Below are positions 35,120-48,803 of a DNA stretch of 64,000 nucleotides, in pieces. Positions within the stretch are counted from its first letter, which is position 1, and each line of letters starts with the position of its first letter. The translations under genes and the position numbers were made by a program. Source of the stretch: Azolla caroliniana (lineage: Eukaryota; Plantae; Polypodiophyta); the NCBI GenBank assembly GCA_043228905.1, contig JBHGNT010000012.1, forward strand, positions 11,098,001-11,162,000, written 5' to 3'. The notes below the pieces were generated by a model that was not told where the DNA came from, made no database searches, and was given only the letters and a program-made list of their open reading frames with translations.

Positions 35120-38100
35120 AATGGACGATTCGTTGGGAGGCATGTTCAAGCTTACCCGCTCCAACTATTGGGTGTGGAAGTCGAAGATGAGGGACATGCT
35201 CGTGGTTAAAGAGCTTTGGTTGCCGGTTCAGTTCAGGGAGAAGAGACCGGAATAAATCGACACCACGATATGGGAGGTGATGCACATGAAGACAACGGCG
35301 TACATACGGTGCTTCATCAACATGAGCCTATACAACAACTTCAATGAAGAGAGCAAGGCTCATGAGCTCTGGGAGAAGATCGGCATCATGTTTCAAAACA
35401 AAAATGTTGTTAATCAGGTTTCGGTATTCTGGAAGCTAGTAAGACTCCGGTACCAAGACGGCTCCCGCATGGCGAAGCACATGAATGCCTTCCAGGGGCT
35501 GATCCACCAGGCAACTTCATTAGAAGTACCTCTCGCCGATGAGGTACTAGTGCTGCTCCTGCTCGATTCCCTCCCAGATAGTTGGGAGACGTTGGTTGTC
35601 ACCTTGGGCAACGTCGGGCCGGAAGGGAAACGGTTATCCCTAGCAAGAGTGAAGTCGAGCTTGCTAGATGAGGAGGCGCATCGGAAAGATAAGGATACGA
35701 GCTCCGACTCCAAAGCGCTCCTTACCGAATCGGAACGCGGAAGACATAGAAACTGTAGTCCCCAGAACCGGGAAAAGTTGGGGACACGGTCAAAGTCAAG
35801 GGGGAGGCCTACTTGCTTCTATTGTGGCAAGCCGGGACACTTCCAGAAGAACTGTCGCCATTTCCGGAAAGACAAGGAAACCGACGGTACCGATTCGAAG
35901 GGGACACTGGACCAGAACGGTAAAGACTGGAGGGGAACGGACCGGAAGGGAACGACGGCAATCGCGACAAGTGAAGAAGAGTTGATGCTCATCACTGAGG
36001 GGAGTGAGATAAACCTTGCCGGCGACGAGATGACCTGGGTGGTCGACTCCGGAGCGTCGTTCCACCTTACCCCGGACCGTAAATGCTTCTCATCCTACAC
36101 ATCCGGTGATCACGGTTGTGTCCGGATGGGGAATGAAGGTACATGCCGAATTGTCGGCTTAGGAGACGTGTGGCTGACGACACCAACCGGATGCAAGATG
36201 CTGCTAAAGGATGTCCGACACGTTCCGGAGGTTCGCCTGAACCTATATCAACCGGTCGACTAGATGATGAAGGCTACACGGGTAGCATTCGGAACGGTGT
36301 CATGAAGTTCAGCAAAGGGAGCATGATTGTGGCTCGGGCCCGGAAGGTAAACACATTGTACCTGATGAATGCCCGGTTATGTCCGGAGGAAGTGAACGTG
36401 GCATCCGACACTACCAGTGAGCTGTGGCACAAGAGGCTGTGTCACATGAGCGAGAAGGGGATGAAGAGGCTTGCTGACGACAACCTCATTCCAGTGAAGA
36501 ATGTGCACTTGGAGAAGTGCACTGATTGTCTGGCCGGTAAACAAAACCGAACCTCCTTCCGATCAAGGCCACCGATGAGACGTAATGCGCCACTGGAGTT
36601 GGTGCATACGGATGTGTGTCAAGTGGACACGAAGTCACATGCCGGACCGCAGTACTTCGTGATGTTGATAGATGACCACAGCCGGAAGTTGTGGGCCACA
36701 CCATTGAAGACGAAGGATAAGGTGCTATCCGTCTTCAAAGAGCTCCACGCGAGAGTGGAAAGAGAAACCTGCCGGAAGCTGAAGGCAGTTCGAGCAGATA
36801 ATGGAGGTGAATACCGGGGGTAGTTCGAGGAGTACTGTCGCTCGAAAGGAATCCGGCTCGAATTTACCGTGCCAAAGACGCCGAAACTAAACAGGCTGGC
36901 CGAGAGGATGAACCGGACCATAATGGAGAGGGTCTGGAGTATGCTAGCGCATGCAAAACTACCCAAGAAGTTTTGGGTTGAGGCATTGTAGACGGCGACA
37001 TATGTGATAAACAGATCACCCTCAGTACCCTTGGACGGAGACACGCCACAGAGAATATGGACCGGTAAGGAAGTGTCCTACCGGCATCTGAAGGTATTCG
37101 GGTGTCTCGCGTACGTGCATGTAGCTAAGGACCGGAGAGAAAAGTTAGATCCAAAGACCCGGCCATGCATATTCCTCGGTTATGGCAACGATGAGTTCGG
37201 CTACCGAGTGTGGGACCCGGTCGACAAGAAGGTATTCCGGAGTCGAGATATTATCTTCATGAAGGACAAGACGCTCGCCGACTGGGAGTCGGAGAAGAAG
37301 ATAAGGAACTCCGAGTCGACCGGCAAGGATCGATTCTACGATGAGCAGACCCAACCGGCAAGAGACCGGTTAGCATTCGAGGAACTAGCCGGTTACGGTG
37401 AGGATACCGAACCGGCAGAAGAAGAAGTAGAGGAAGCTGAAACCGGAACCGGCCAAGACCCCGAATCGGATTCGGATGAAGAGCAAATGGAGGAGCCGGT
37501 TACCGAAGCCCAAAGACGGAGATATCCTCTCAGAGAGAGAAGAGCCCCCCGGAGATTTCCAGATGTAGAGCATGTGCTGCTAACCGATGAGGGGGAGCCA
37601 GAAAGCTTCGTAGAGGTGAAGGATGACACCCACAGCCGCGAATGGTTAAGTGCCATGCAGGATGAGATGGATTCCCTGCATGAGAACCATACGTACGAAT
37701 TGGTGGAGTTGCCGAAAGGAAAGCGGGCATTCCGAAATAAGTGGGAGTACAAGTTGAAACCGGGAGATGCCGGCAACCCCCCGAGATACAAAGCCAGGAT
37801 CGTGGTGAAGGGGTTCCAGCAGAAGAATGGCGTCGACTTCGACGAGATATTTGCCCCGGTAGTAAAGATGACCTCCATCCGGACGGTGCTGAGTATAGCG
37901 GCAAGCATGGACCTCGAGGTATAGCAGCTGGACGTGAAGACGGCATTTCTTCATGGTGACCTCGAAGAGGAGATCTACATGCAGCAACCGGAAGGATTCA
38001 TGGTGAAAGGGAAGGAGCACCTGGTATGCCAGTTGAGGAAGAGCCTGTACGGACTGAAGCAGGCTCCCCGACAATGGTACCGAAAGTTCGACTCCTTCAT

Positions 38101-38814
38101 GACCGATCAAGGGTACCACAAGACACAGGCCGATCACTGCGTGTTTGTGAAGAAATTCGAAGGAGGCAACTTCCTAATACTCCTTCTGTACGTGGACGAC
38201 ATGCTGATCGTCGGAGGGACCAAGACAAAATACGGATGCTGAAGAAGGCTCTCAACCGGACCTTCTCAGTGAAAGACTTGGGTCCAGCAAGACAGATGTT
38301 GGGGATGCATATCATCCGGAACCGGTCAATGAAGCAATTAGGGTTGTCACAGGAGAAGTATGTGACAAAGGTGCTTCAGCGGTTCAACATGTCAGATGCA
38401 AAACCGGTCGGATCGACACTTCCGGCAAACTGCAGGTTATCCGGCAAGCAGAAGATGGTTGCGTTGTCAACCACGGAGGCGGAGTACATGGCGGCTGTCG
38501 AAGCCGGAAAGGAAATATTATGGATGAAGGACTTTATCGGAGAGCTCGGTATCAGGCAAGATGAATATTGGCTCTACTACGATAGTCAAAGTGCCATCTA
38601 CCTTGCTAAGAATGCGGCCTACCATTCCCGGATGAAGCATATCTAGCGAAGGTATCACTGGATCCGGGAAAGAGTAGATGACCAGGAGTTCGCGCTCACG
38701 AAGATCCACACGGCCGAGAACGGGTCAGATATGCTGACCAAAGTACTGATACCCGACAAGCTGGATGCATGCCGGAAGCGAGTCGGACTAGTCAGACACC
38801 CCATGCTGGAGTGA
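35120..38814 (+). pseudogene. Copia gag-pol with stops, frameshifts and an internal RT/RH deletion
   Basis: CFYCGKPGHFQKNC, WVVDSGAS, IDDHSRK and YVDDM motifs; the junction CRLSGK|QKMVALSTTEAEY lacks the intervening region. Confidence 0.9.
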
Positions 38815-38896
38815 AAGGGGAGTTTGTTGGGAGACAGGTCCCTCCGGATGGGAAGGGAGAAGAACAGTGCTAATGAGCAAACTCGACCGAGGCCGA

Positions 38897-39390
38897 AACC
38901 GGATGAGGAGTACCCGGCTACAGAGAGCCAGATGGTGCAGACCCGGTGAGAACCAGATGAGGAGTACCCCGCTACGGAGAGCCGGATGGTACAAACCCAG
39001 TGAGAACCGGATGAGGAATACCCGGCTACGGAGAGCCGGATGGTACAGACCCGGTGAGAACCGGATGAGGAGTACCCGGCTACGGAGAGCCGGATAGCGC
39101 AGACCCGATGAGAACCGGATGAGTACCCGGCTACAGAGAGCTAGATGGTGCAGACCCGGTGAGAACCGGATGAGGAGTACTCGGCTACGGAGAGCCGGAT
39201 GGTACAGACCCGGTGAGAACCGGATGAGGAATACCCGGCTACGAAGAGCCGGATGGTACAGACCCGGTGATAACCGGATGAGGAGTACCGGCTACGGAGA
39301 GCCGGATAGTGCAGACCCGATGAGAACCGGATGAGGAGTACCCGACTACGGAGAGCCGAATAGTGCAGACCCGGTGAGAACCGGATGACG
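38897..39390 (+). repeat. 54-bp tandem array in copia LTR U3 (about 9 units; about 4 in the 5' LTR at 34349-34575; about 5 in the solo LTR at 59320-59600)
   Basis: Unit GAACCGGATGAGGAGTACCCGGCTACGGAGAGCCGGATGGTACAGACCCGGTGA. Confidence 0.92.
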
Positions 39391-39904
39391 AGTGCCCGGC
39401 AAGATCCGGATGATGCAGGCCCGGTGAGGAGCGCTCTGCAGATGAAGAGACATTTTCGTAAATATGTTTCTAAGAGTCCATCGTGGCTATATTTGTAAAT
39501 AGCCGAAAAGTCATATTAGTATAAATATGACTTAGGGCAAACTTTTGATACTGTTGTTGTCATTCTTGTTGGTGCAAGAAGAGAGAGCTCGTAACAGTGT
39601 ACAGAGAGTGAGAGAGAGGAAGAGGTCGTTGCCTCTGTTGTAACCGCCGTCTGTGGCGAAGGTCGTGAGCGCGAGGTCGTTGCCTCCGTGAGCTCACTGT
39701 TGTAATCATTGTGATATAGTGATAGTTTGGAGTCTGTGGACTCCCGTGGTTTTTCCCTCTCAGGGTTTTCCACGTTAAACATCCTGTGTACTCTTCTCTC
39801 CTTTGTGTCGTGTGTTTTTTTCGTTTCCCGTGTTCTGTGTATGATTCTAAGCTCGGTTGTGGCCGAGCGTTGCGCATAGGGAGTGTGCAGTTCTTGACAC
39901 TATC

Positions 39905-42900
39905 TCTTTTACATTCTTAGTTGGCACAAGCTCCTTATAGCTAAACAAATCCGCCATCTTAGACCTAGTAGTTTCTTCTTTAATAAAACTTACTTCAAAC
40001 TCTTGTATACTCATTATCCACCGTTTCATACGTGGGCTATCTCCTGGAAATCTTAACATATGAGGGATCAAAGCACATGAAATTAAAATGATTGTGATTC
40101 TTCCTAACAAATACAACTTCTATTTTTGGAGGGAAAACACCAATGCCCATACAAGTTTTTCTTCTTCTCTACCATTGACATCTTCCTACTAATATAATAT
40201 ATTGGACGCATATATGATTGCTTAATACCTTTTTGCATTAATACTGCACCTACTGCTTCAACACCCACACTCAAACTAACATAGAATGGTTGATCCCAAT
40301 TAGGTGGCATTAGGATGGGTAGAGTACTCAATCTATATTTTACTTCTTCAAAGGCATTTTGCTCCACTCTTCCCCACGCAAATGGATCTCTCATTGAGGC
40401 TCTTTCTAGTGGTTGAATATACTCTACTAACATTTGAAATGAACGTGAAAGATATCGTACCTTTTGAACGAAACTTAACAATTGCTTTGTAGAAGTCGGA
40501 GCATCCATCAATAGTAAAGATTCTACTTTACTTGGATCAAGGGCAATCCCATTAGTACTAACTTCATGCCCAAGTAGAATAATTTTACTATGTGCAATTT
40601 TTCACTTATTAGGATTCAATTGACCTCCATCTTCATCTATTTTAGCAAAAATTTGATCAAGCTTTTCTACATGACTCTTTCTATCACTATATATTCCTAT
40701 GTCATCCATAAATGACATTGCAAATTTTCCAAAGAAAGGACTTAACAACCTATCCATCCATTCTTGAAAAGTTGCATAAGCATTAACCAACCCAAAAGGC
40801 ATCCTAGTGTAACAAAATACACCCCATGGAGTGATGAAACTAGTCAACTTTTGATCTTCGGGTGCAATCTCTATTTGAAAATATCCATAAAAACCATCAC
40901 ATATTGAATACCTTTCATGTCCCACCACTTCATCCAATATTTCATCTTGGAAAGGCATTGGGCAATGATGTCTCTTGGTTGCCGCATTTAAAGGTCTGAA
41001 ATCCACACATACTCTCCACTTGCCACTCTTCTTAGGCACTATAACCACTGGGGATATCCAATCAACATCATCTACACGTCGAATAAATCCAGCAGCCAAC
41101 AACTTGCTTACCTCTTCCTCCAAAATCTCTCTTCTTATATTTCCTAACCTTCTGAGATTTTGAGGAACTAGCATTGCATTGCTATGCAACTTTATCTCGT
41201 GTAACACAGAATGTGTTCCCCTCATCTGAGTATATGCTCCGTAGCAAACAACTTAGGATACTTATCGAATAACATGGAATATTGGTTTCTCTCTTCTTCA
41301 GTCAAATTAGGGGATAACATTACCATGAGTTCCTCCTTGGGCACATTGGGCTGACTTTTGGTGGGTTCTAACCCAATACCACATAGGTCGACTCCTATGT
41401 GTAATTCCTCATACTCATCGTCAACCTCATCATCTTCACTTGAAGAAAAGGATTCCTCATCTGAAAAAATTTCAACATCATCTTGCCCTTCTTATTCTAG
41501 TCTACCATCTGGGAAATAAAGTAATTGTCCTGTCTTCATATCACACTTCACTCTTTGACCATGAGGCTTATTGGTGAACAATTCTAATTCCCCACGATGC
41601 CAATCTTGTCTCACTTTCGTACCCATCAACCATGGTATTCCTAGTATTAGTGGATAAGCCCTTGGTCTTGCTAGCATGACGTGCAAATCCACCAATACTT
41701 GTTGCCCTAACACATACAACTTTACTTGCTCTGCTACTCCCACACATCGCACTACTGCATTATTTGGCATATTCATGTTATATGCATGTTTTCTATTAAT
41801 CTTTAATTGTAATCTGCTTGTCGTATCCTCCATTATGACACATACTTGTGCACCACCATCTACATATGTTGGGGCCACCACTTGCCCTTGACACTGGCAA
41901 CAAATCTTTTTCATGATTGTAACATATTCGAGGAATATCTTGAGTATCTACTCTACCTATAGTATTGGTTGCCCTTCTACCCTTCTTAGAAATACTCACC
42001 ATTTTCCTCCACTCTCTACGTAGCTTAGGAACTAATTCTAAAGCTTGGGCAAAGGTCATATCCACTTTTCTTTCTTTCAAGTCATTCAACAAGGAATATG
42101 ATTCTTGATTTAAACCTAGTGGATAATCCTTGATAGCTATCCTCCTCTTTGACTCTAGAGATTTCATTCATTGCTTATCCCTATGCTTACTAGGTTCTCC
42201 CTCTTGTGATATTGCTCCATCTTTCACCTTATTATGCAACCTAGTTCGCATTCTTGATCCTCCCTCGTGGTCTTCTACACGAGCTCTCTTTCCCACTAAA
42301 ACATCATATGAATCCCCATCTAACATGACCTTCCCACATGTTGTATTTAATGCATCCTTTACATTATCATTCTTCTTAAACTCAATCAAATTAACACCAT
42401 GAGAATTTACTTGATTTTGTGACCTTTGCTCTTCTACTCGTCTTGGAATCGGGGCAATACCTCCTCCTTCGTGCTTAGGATGTGGGCAATTTGGTGAAAT
42501 ATCTCCTCGTTCAAAACCATTATAACACTGCACATTGGGATTCGGCCTCCCAATATCTTTCTTTTGTTGAGAAACTTGCATAGACCTTGTAAGTTCATCT
42601 TGGTTGATACAAAGCTTACTTACTTCATCAGCCATCTTTGCCACTTGTTGTGCAAGATCCATGGCCCCACTTGTAGAAGACTCTCGCCGTGAAGACACAT
42701 CAGGACTTTTCTCATGTACCCTGTGAATGTATGATGTCGCACCTTCAATAGCTTCATCATCTTCTTTCATGTCCCTCCCAAGCTTTCTAATCCTCTTTCT
42801 CCATTTACTTATTGCCACTTCTTTTTCCTTTCAAAAGATTCAAGTTCCTTATCATCTACCTTCTCTTTAATATCCTCATGCAAGGCCACGATAAATTGGT

Positions 42901-43288
42901 CATGCTTCATAAAATCGGGTGGAACTTGATCATTTCCTAATCTCTCCAATCTCCTATATAAATCTTCAAACCTCCTAATAAAATCCCTAATATCCTCCCC
43001 ATACCCTTGCCTTACTCTTCTAATATCCTTCCAAATAGCTTCTGGAGTCTCAGTTTTTTGAAATTGGGTTAACAATGCTTGTTGTAAACGTGCCCAATCA
43101 TTCTTTACCTCTATAGGCACTAACCTTACATACCAATCTAAAGCCGGACCATCCAACAAAAGGCTTACCATTATCGCGACATCAGCATCACTCTTCCTAG
43201 CATGTAGAGCCCAAATCTTCAACCGACGCACGAATTGCACAACATCACTATTCGTCCCAGTGAAAGGCTCACTAAAGAGATCCGCCAT
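39905..43288 (-). pseudogene. Tat-like gag-PR-RT-RH, frameshifted
   Basis: ORFs 42809-43348 (gag), 41492-41914 (YVDGGA protease), 40602-41225 (RT, FMDDI) and 40104-40511 (RH). Confidence 0.88.
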
Positions 43289-45793
43289 TATTTCGAAACA
43301 CCCAAGTGCCAAAATATGCAAAACAAGCAATAATACCACCAATTCCAATATTAAAATACTTGGCCTTGATTATGACAAAACCGAAAGTCCTCGATAGTTG
43401 TCAAGATTGTTCCTCAGTGGGGGCACCAAAACGTGTTGCGCAAGAATTTGCCTCTCAAAACTCTAGCACAATACATCTAGAAACACACAAGGCACATCAT
43501 CATAGGGCACCATAACAACATCTTTGAGTTTAAAAAAGACCACAAACACAAAAGGAGATGAATGGGTATGACAAAGACAATCAATGAAGAAATATGAAAG
43601 GGGAGGATCTATATCAAGAGTATATATATAAATTCTCACTACACCAAAGAGGGTTTACAACATTTTATGATAATCATTCATGTACAACAAATAGGAGATT
43701 GGAATTGACAAAGATATGTATCATAATCTATGAAAGAAGGAAAGGAGAATGAGGATAAAGTATTTATTAAGAAGACAGATATAAAACACACACTACATCA
43801 AGAGAGATATTCTATGGCTATCCTATTCCCAAGGCTTTCACACTCATACTTATATACAATAGGGGCTTAATTGTTAGTTCTTGCATGTATCTTGCCACCT
43901 GTCCCACATGTAACACTTCAACCACTTTCCTTTGCATGTAACCGATAGATCTTCTATTTTGGGTATGAAGACGCTTGATTCTATCCACGACCCCTTCTAG
44001 ACATTTGTAGCACATCGAGCAAGCTTTCCAAAGAATGTTTATTTATTGAAATCCAATATTCCCTTGAAATATTACGACCAAAACATTGACTGCCTATTGT
44101 AAACGCACTCTTTGATTATGTCACATCAATTCATCTTGATTCTTCACATCTACCTTCGACTAAAGCATCCACCATCATGCCTAAAGTGTCATAACTAGCT
44201 TGTGTCCATATTTTACTATCTTCCAACCACTTTGTTGAGCAAAAGTATTTACAACACAACAACATGCAGGACGTTCCTCAGCTTTCCCTTCCGCCCGACA
44301 TGGTTGAGGGGAACCTCTCCGATGTGCTCGATGGTATGTGGGGTGTCGTTTCCGGTTTCGACCACCCTTGGTTGTTCCGGTTTTTCTAGATAAGCAAACC
44401 ACTCCGCGTGGCTTGTCATATGGTTTGATGCTCTGGAATCGACGTACAATACCTCGTTCAGTTTCGAGGTGTTTTTCTTCATCGAGTTAGCCTTGTGTTT
44501 CATCACAAAGGCTAGGTCCGAACCATTTATAGAACCGGATCCTTCCGGTCCTTCCGAGTAGTGCGAGCTTTGCCGGCTTCCCCGTTCGGCCTTGCGGGAT
44601 CCGGACTTTTCCGAATCAACACGCTTTTTCCACACTCACTCTCTCTGTGACCCTTCCGGCCATAGTACCAACATTCCATTACATTCTTCTCTTGCCAGTT
44701 TCCAGCGGCACTTTGACTCCCCCTACTTACGGAGGATCCAAAACTATTGTTGGCACCCGCATGGTTCTCCCCTACTAGGAGCATCGAATGTAATTCGAAA
44801 AACAAGGGCGTATTCTCCCTTGTACAGACTGTAGTCCGGAATGCTCCAAACTTTTACGCCAGGCCCTTGAGACAAACATGCACCATCTCATCTTCCTCGA
44901 CGGTTATGTTGATAGAAGCAAGTGAGTCGCAGATGTCTTTGATCCGGGCCGTATAGTCGGCCACTGACATGTCCTTCTGTCAGATATTACTCAACTCCTA
45001 TCGAAGTTGCAGCTTCTGGGTCGTGGTGCTTGTGGCAAAGACCTTCAGGTTTCCCCAAGCTTCCTTCGGCGTCTTGGTGTCCCGGATATGGCTCAGCAGC
45101 CGGTTGTCGACATTGGACGCAAAGCAGTACATAACTCTACTTGTTGCTTGTTCCCAAATCGGGAAGTCCCTGTGTGCCGCATCAGGCGCCATATCATTAG
45201 CTTCGTTGACATAACTCGAATAGCCATGCCCGAGCAGGTACTGTTGCATCTTGTACGACCAAGATGCGTAGTTGGATCTGTCAAGCTTCTATGTCGGGAG
45301 CGAGCTAGTCATTCCTCTGTCCATTCTGACCTTCTTTTTTTGTTCTCTACCAAGTGTTAGGGGTTTGTCTTTGGAAATCGCTCGTCGGTTGTAGAGGTTC
45401 TCAACCCTCACGCTCTAATACCATGTGAAAGAGAATATGCGGAAGCTAAGACTGAACCGGCTCAACCGGATAGCAACAGAATACATACAAGTTTAATGGA
45501 ACCTTGAATCACAGAGTACACAGGAGAAACAGAGTTAGAGCAGAACACAGAAAACATGTATATTCCAAAACACTAAAATGTCTCTGTACATACAATGTGC
45601 TAAGTGAGCACTTTTATACAAGTCCATGAAAGGACTGGTAGAAGGTACTGACATGTACTTCAATGCTCATACGAGCGATTGACACTTAACTCCAAGGAAT
45701 CTACCACGTACTAGGCTAAGATTGTAGACCTCCAACGGCCTACTGGATATAATCCGATCCGGCTCTTGATTCCAGACACCGATCCGGATTCGG

Positions 45794-45960
45794 TTGAGTT
45801 TGTCCGCTCAACAAAAAGGATATGCTCAAACGTACGGACTCAATTATGAGGAGACCTTTGCCCTGGTGGCAAAGATGACAATTGTTCGGAGAGTCATTGC
45901 ACTCACAGCTACTAGAGGGTGGCACCTCCATCAAATGGATGTGAAGAACGCCTTTCTTTT
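45794..45960 (+). pseudogene. Short copia RT fragment
   Basis: KGYAQTYGLNYEETFALVAKMT...[10 protein letters not shown]. Confidence 0.8.
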
Positions 45961-46363
45961 CCTGAAAAGCGTTCATCATGCATCCGCCCGCTTGACACAG
46001 CACTCACCCCTTGACATAACTGAACGATTAACTTTAGGTTAGTGGTAAATCATTTAGGTCCAGCAACATGGACTCCACAGTTTTCTTCCGTTACACAAGA
46101 TCACCTACAGTCTCCATTTCTTTACAACAACATTCCACCACGAGGCTGTAATTCTCGTTTTCCCATGGTATATACCAACCTTTTCCACAAAATAACTAAT
46201 TATTTCTACCCAAGGTACCTATGCACATACCTTTTAAAAGATTGAATCTTTGAGCCACCATATGATCTTCTAAATTTAATAATGCAACTCCCATTTGGGG
46301 TACATATATTGTTCCATGATACCCAACTCATAGCAATTTTATATTCTCTCTCTCTCTCTCTCC

Positions 46364-47371
46364 TAGGGATCGGCAACAGCTCGGCGTAGACTTGAGCCTG
46401 CCTAAAATGTTTGAGCTCGGTTTGGCTTGGCTTGAACCTTGCCTAACTAGCTCAAACCGGTTAAGCCGTTTAATATGTGATTTAATAATTAGGTTAGAGT
46501 CTTAGTTAAATAAAAACTTAAAGTTAGAAATTAGATGGTTAGAAAGTTAGTAAATCAATGTCTAAATTTGGTAAATCAAGCCCAAAATCTGGTATACCAA
46601 TGGTAATCCAAGCCCAAAGCTTTGTAAATCAATGTTAAAATGTGATACATTAATGGTAAATCTTGTATTTGGTGCTGTTAACATTTTCCATCTATTTTTC
46701 TGATCTTAACATCTTTCATACCTTTAAGCTCCAAACTTAAATTTCCATCTGTTTTTCTAATCAGAAACTTACATCTTTTTTCTTTCTAACCTTAAACTCC
46801 CACCTTTCTTTTACTTTTTAACATCCATAGATCTGATCTTCAATGCTTCATCTTTGTTGATCTTAAAGCTTGCACAGCTCTGCTCTTGAAATTCTCTAAT
46901 GTCTTTTAATCTTAAGCTTCTGGTATTCAACTTTCATTTTTTTCTAATCTGATATTTTCAACATCTCAACCCTTCAATTTTCATTTTTCTAATCTTAAAA
47001 ACTTCTATATCTCTGATCTCAAGAATTCCAAGATTACTTATTTCTCTTCGTCAAAGTACAAGCACCTAACAAGACGAAGAGGTTATCTACTTCCATCTCA
47101 TTTTCTCATCTCAAAGTTTCATACCTCTGATCGTAAAATTTTCATGCCTCTGATCTTCCCCTTTCATGTAATGATTTCCTCAAAACAATGGACTACCTCT
47201 CTAAAGTTGTATATGAGTTCTAATAGTATTGTAGTTTTGTCCCAAACTGGTTTAGGGATCGGATAGGTTTGGTTTGGTAGTTTGAGAACCCCAAAATGGT
47301 TTAGGCTTAACCGGTTTGGCTTGGATAAGGCCAAACCAGGTAAGCCTAAACCGAACCGTTGCCAATCCCTA
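46364..47371. mobile_element. Non-autonomous hAT-type DNA transposon
   Basis: TIRs TAGGGATCGGCAAC... / ...GTTGCCAATCCCTA, 8-bp TSD CTCTCTCC, AAACCG-like subterminal motifs and no ORF. Confidence 0.88.
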
Positions 47372-48803
47372 CTCTCTCCTATGATTCTACACTAAGAATA
47401 TTTGAGATGCATAGACATCTTAGGTGTATTGTCATCGAGGTGCTCCATGGAGGTTATTATAAACATAACCTCATTTGCAGTTATTCATTCCAAGGAGGTC
47501 CCACATGCATGCTAAGGTGTTACCATAGTAACTATGTTAATGATACTTAGTGACTACTATTATCTTTAAGTCAAATATTATAGTAGTGTAGTCAATCAAG
47601 AGAGATCAAAGGGACATGACAATTCTACCATGTAACTATTGAGCATTTGCAGTTATCGTTGCCCAATAGTAGTGAATATCATAAAGGTACCCAATACTAT
47701 TCTATTGCTTGTTTGATCAATTCAATTAATTTGCATTGCTTGATTGAATAGTTTGGCCAACAAACACGAAAGAACTATAAAATATATATAAGGGTTACTG
47801 GCAATTAAGAGTTAAATATTATATTCTGCAAGGACCTAGGTTTTAGCACTGCTTTTATTTTCTCGTAACTACCAAAAGCTGATAGATGTATTACCTCAAA
47901 TTATTTACAAGCTTGATTGGCAGGTATGAAGCTTGTTTACTTACTAATGCCCCCCACAGGACAAAAAAACTCCAAACATAGATACATAGATATACATGGA
48001 TCCATAGGTATATATACACATACTCTGAAAGAGCACCATTTCTATCACGGATTCTGACTTAGAATGCATGGAGCATACAATAAAAATCTCTTCACGGGGG
48101 GGGGGGGGGGGGGAATACAATACAGTATGATAATGCCGTTGCTAACTCTTTTTACAAGACTATACATGAGACAATAAGGAATCAGGCATCATCACTTGTG
48201 CTTTATGTTGGTTTTCCCCACCTTCCTGGTATTTCTTCTTTGTAAGATTTGATTCCTGTAATAATAATAATATTCTCCAGTTAATAATAATGTAATAATA
48301 TTTTCCTATACGTATATATTGTGTGGCTCTAAACAAAAAAACGTCTACAAAAGTTTCCATACAAAATTGTAGCCTCTATGTTTCATTTTAATAGAAGTGC
48401 CTCAAAAAATTGTTCAAACTAAAGACTCGTTGGTGCAGATGAGCAATCACACGTAATTAACAGAACATTCTCATCCCGATTTCATTTAGTAATACAATTA
48501 ATTTTTAAATTATACGGAAGTTTGGAGATGCCTACAATATCTCTCAGCTAGCTAGAGCTGTGCGGATTTCTGGTGTCACCTAAACAAATAGTTCAATCTA
48601 AAATAATTCAAAGTTTGATTTCACAATGAACTGTCCAAAATACCACAGTTAAACCAGATATAAATAATCATTTTTCAGAGTTGCCAGACGCTATCAAACT
48701 TTCAACAAGCAATATGCAATGAAAACTTCAAAATAAATTTAGAGAACACTACATATTAATTTTGCAAGTGCATATAAAACAAAATCAAAGCTTTAGGCTT
48801 AAC

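Larger units (their letters stand above)
34264..39899 (+). mobile_element. Full-length Ty1/copia element; LTRs 34264-35090 and 38825-39899
   Basis: TG...CA LTRs, 5-bp TSD CTATC, PBS TGGTATCAGAGC (Met-i, 35094-35105), PPT GAAAGGGGAG and gag-PR-INT-RT-RH order. Confidence 0.96.
31502..44261 (-). mobile_element. Full-length Tat-like gypsy element with archaeal-type RNase H; LTRs 43434-44261 (5') and 31502-32329 (3')
   Basis: Near-identical 828-bp LTRs (TGTTG...CAACA), 4-bp TSD ACAT, PBS TGGTGCCCCCACTGAGGA (probably tRNA-Thr), PPT GGAGGGGGCTAAAG and domain order gag-PR-RT-RH-aRH-INT. Confidence 0.93.
23798..45778 (-). mobile_element. Host Ty1/copia element split by nested insertions: RT 23798-24414 and 30088-~30130, INT/GAG-pre to 31501, gag-PR 44262-~45330, PBS(Met-i) ~45411-45423, 5' LTR ~45424-45778
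   Basis: LYVDDL, RYKAR, FIDDFSR and CWYYGRKGHRESEC motifs. The frame rejoins across the Tat insertion (LRNVLHV|PTITKNL). TGGTATTAGAGCG follows ...TTTCACA. The right LTR edge is tentative. Confidence 0.85.

Noticed and set aside
38897-39390. Regular repeat array resembling CRISPR, and its RMRSTRLRRAGWYRPGEN ORFs
   Set aside because: Head-to-tail 54-bp units without unique spacers inside a copia LTR; the ORFs are by-products of a unit length divisible by 3.
48095-48113. Poly-G run downstream of the BRCT gene
   Set aside because: Simple homopolymer of uncertain length; no supporting context.
48380-48600. Final exon of the BRCT gene
   Set aside because: Several AG acceptors give short plausible endings; cannot choose without transcripts.
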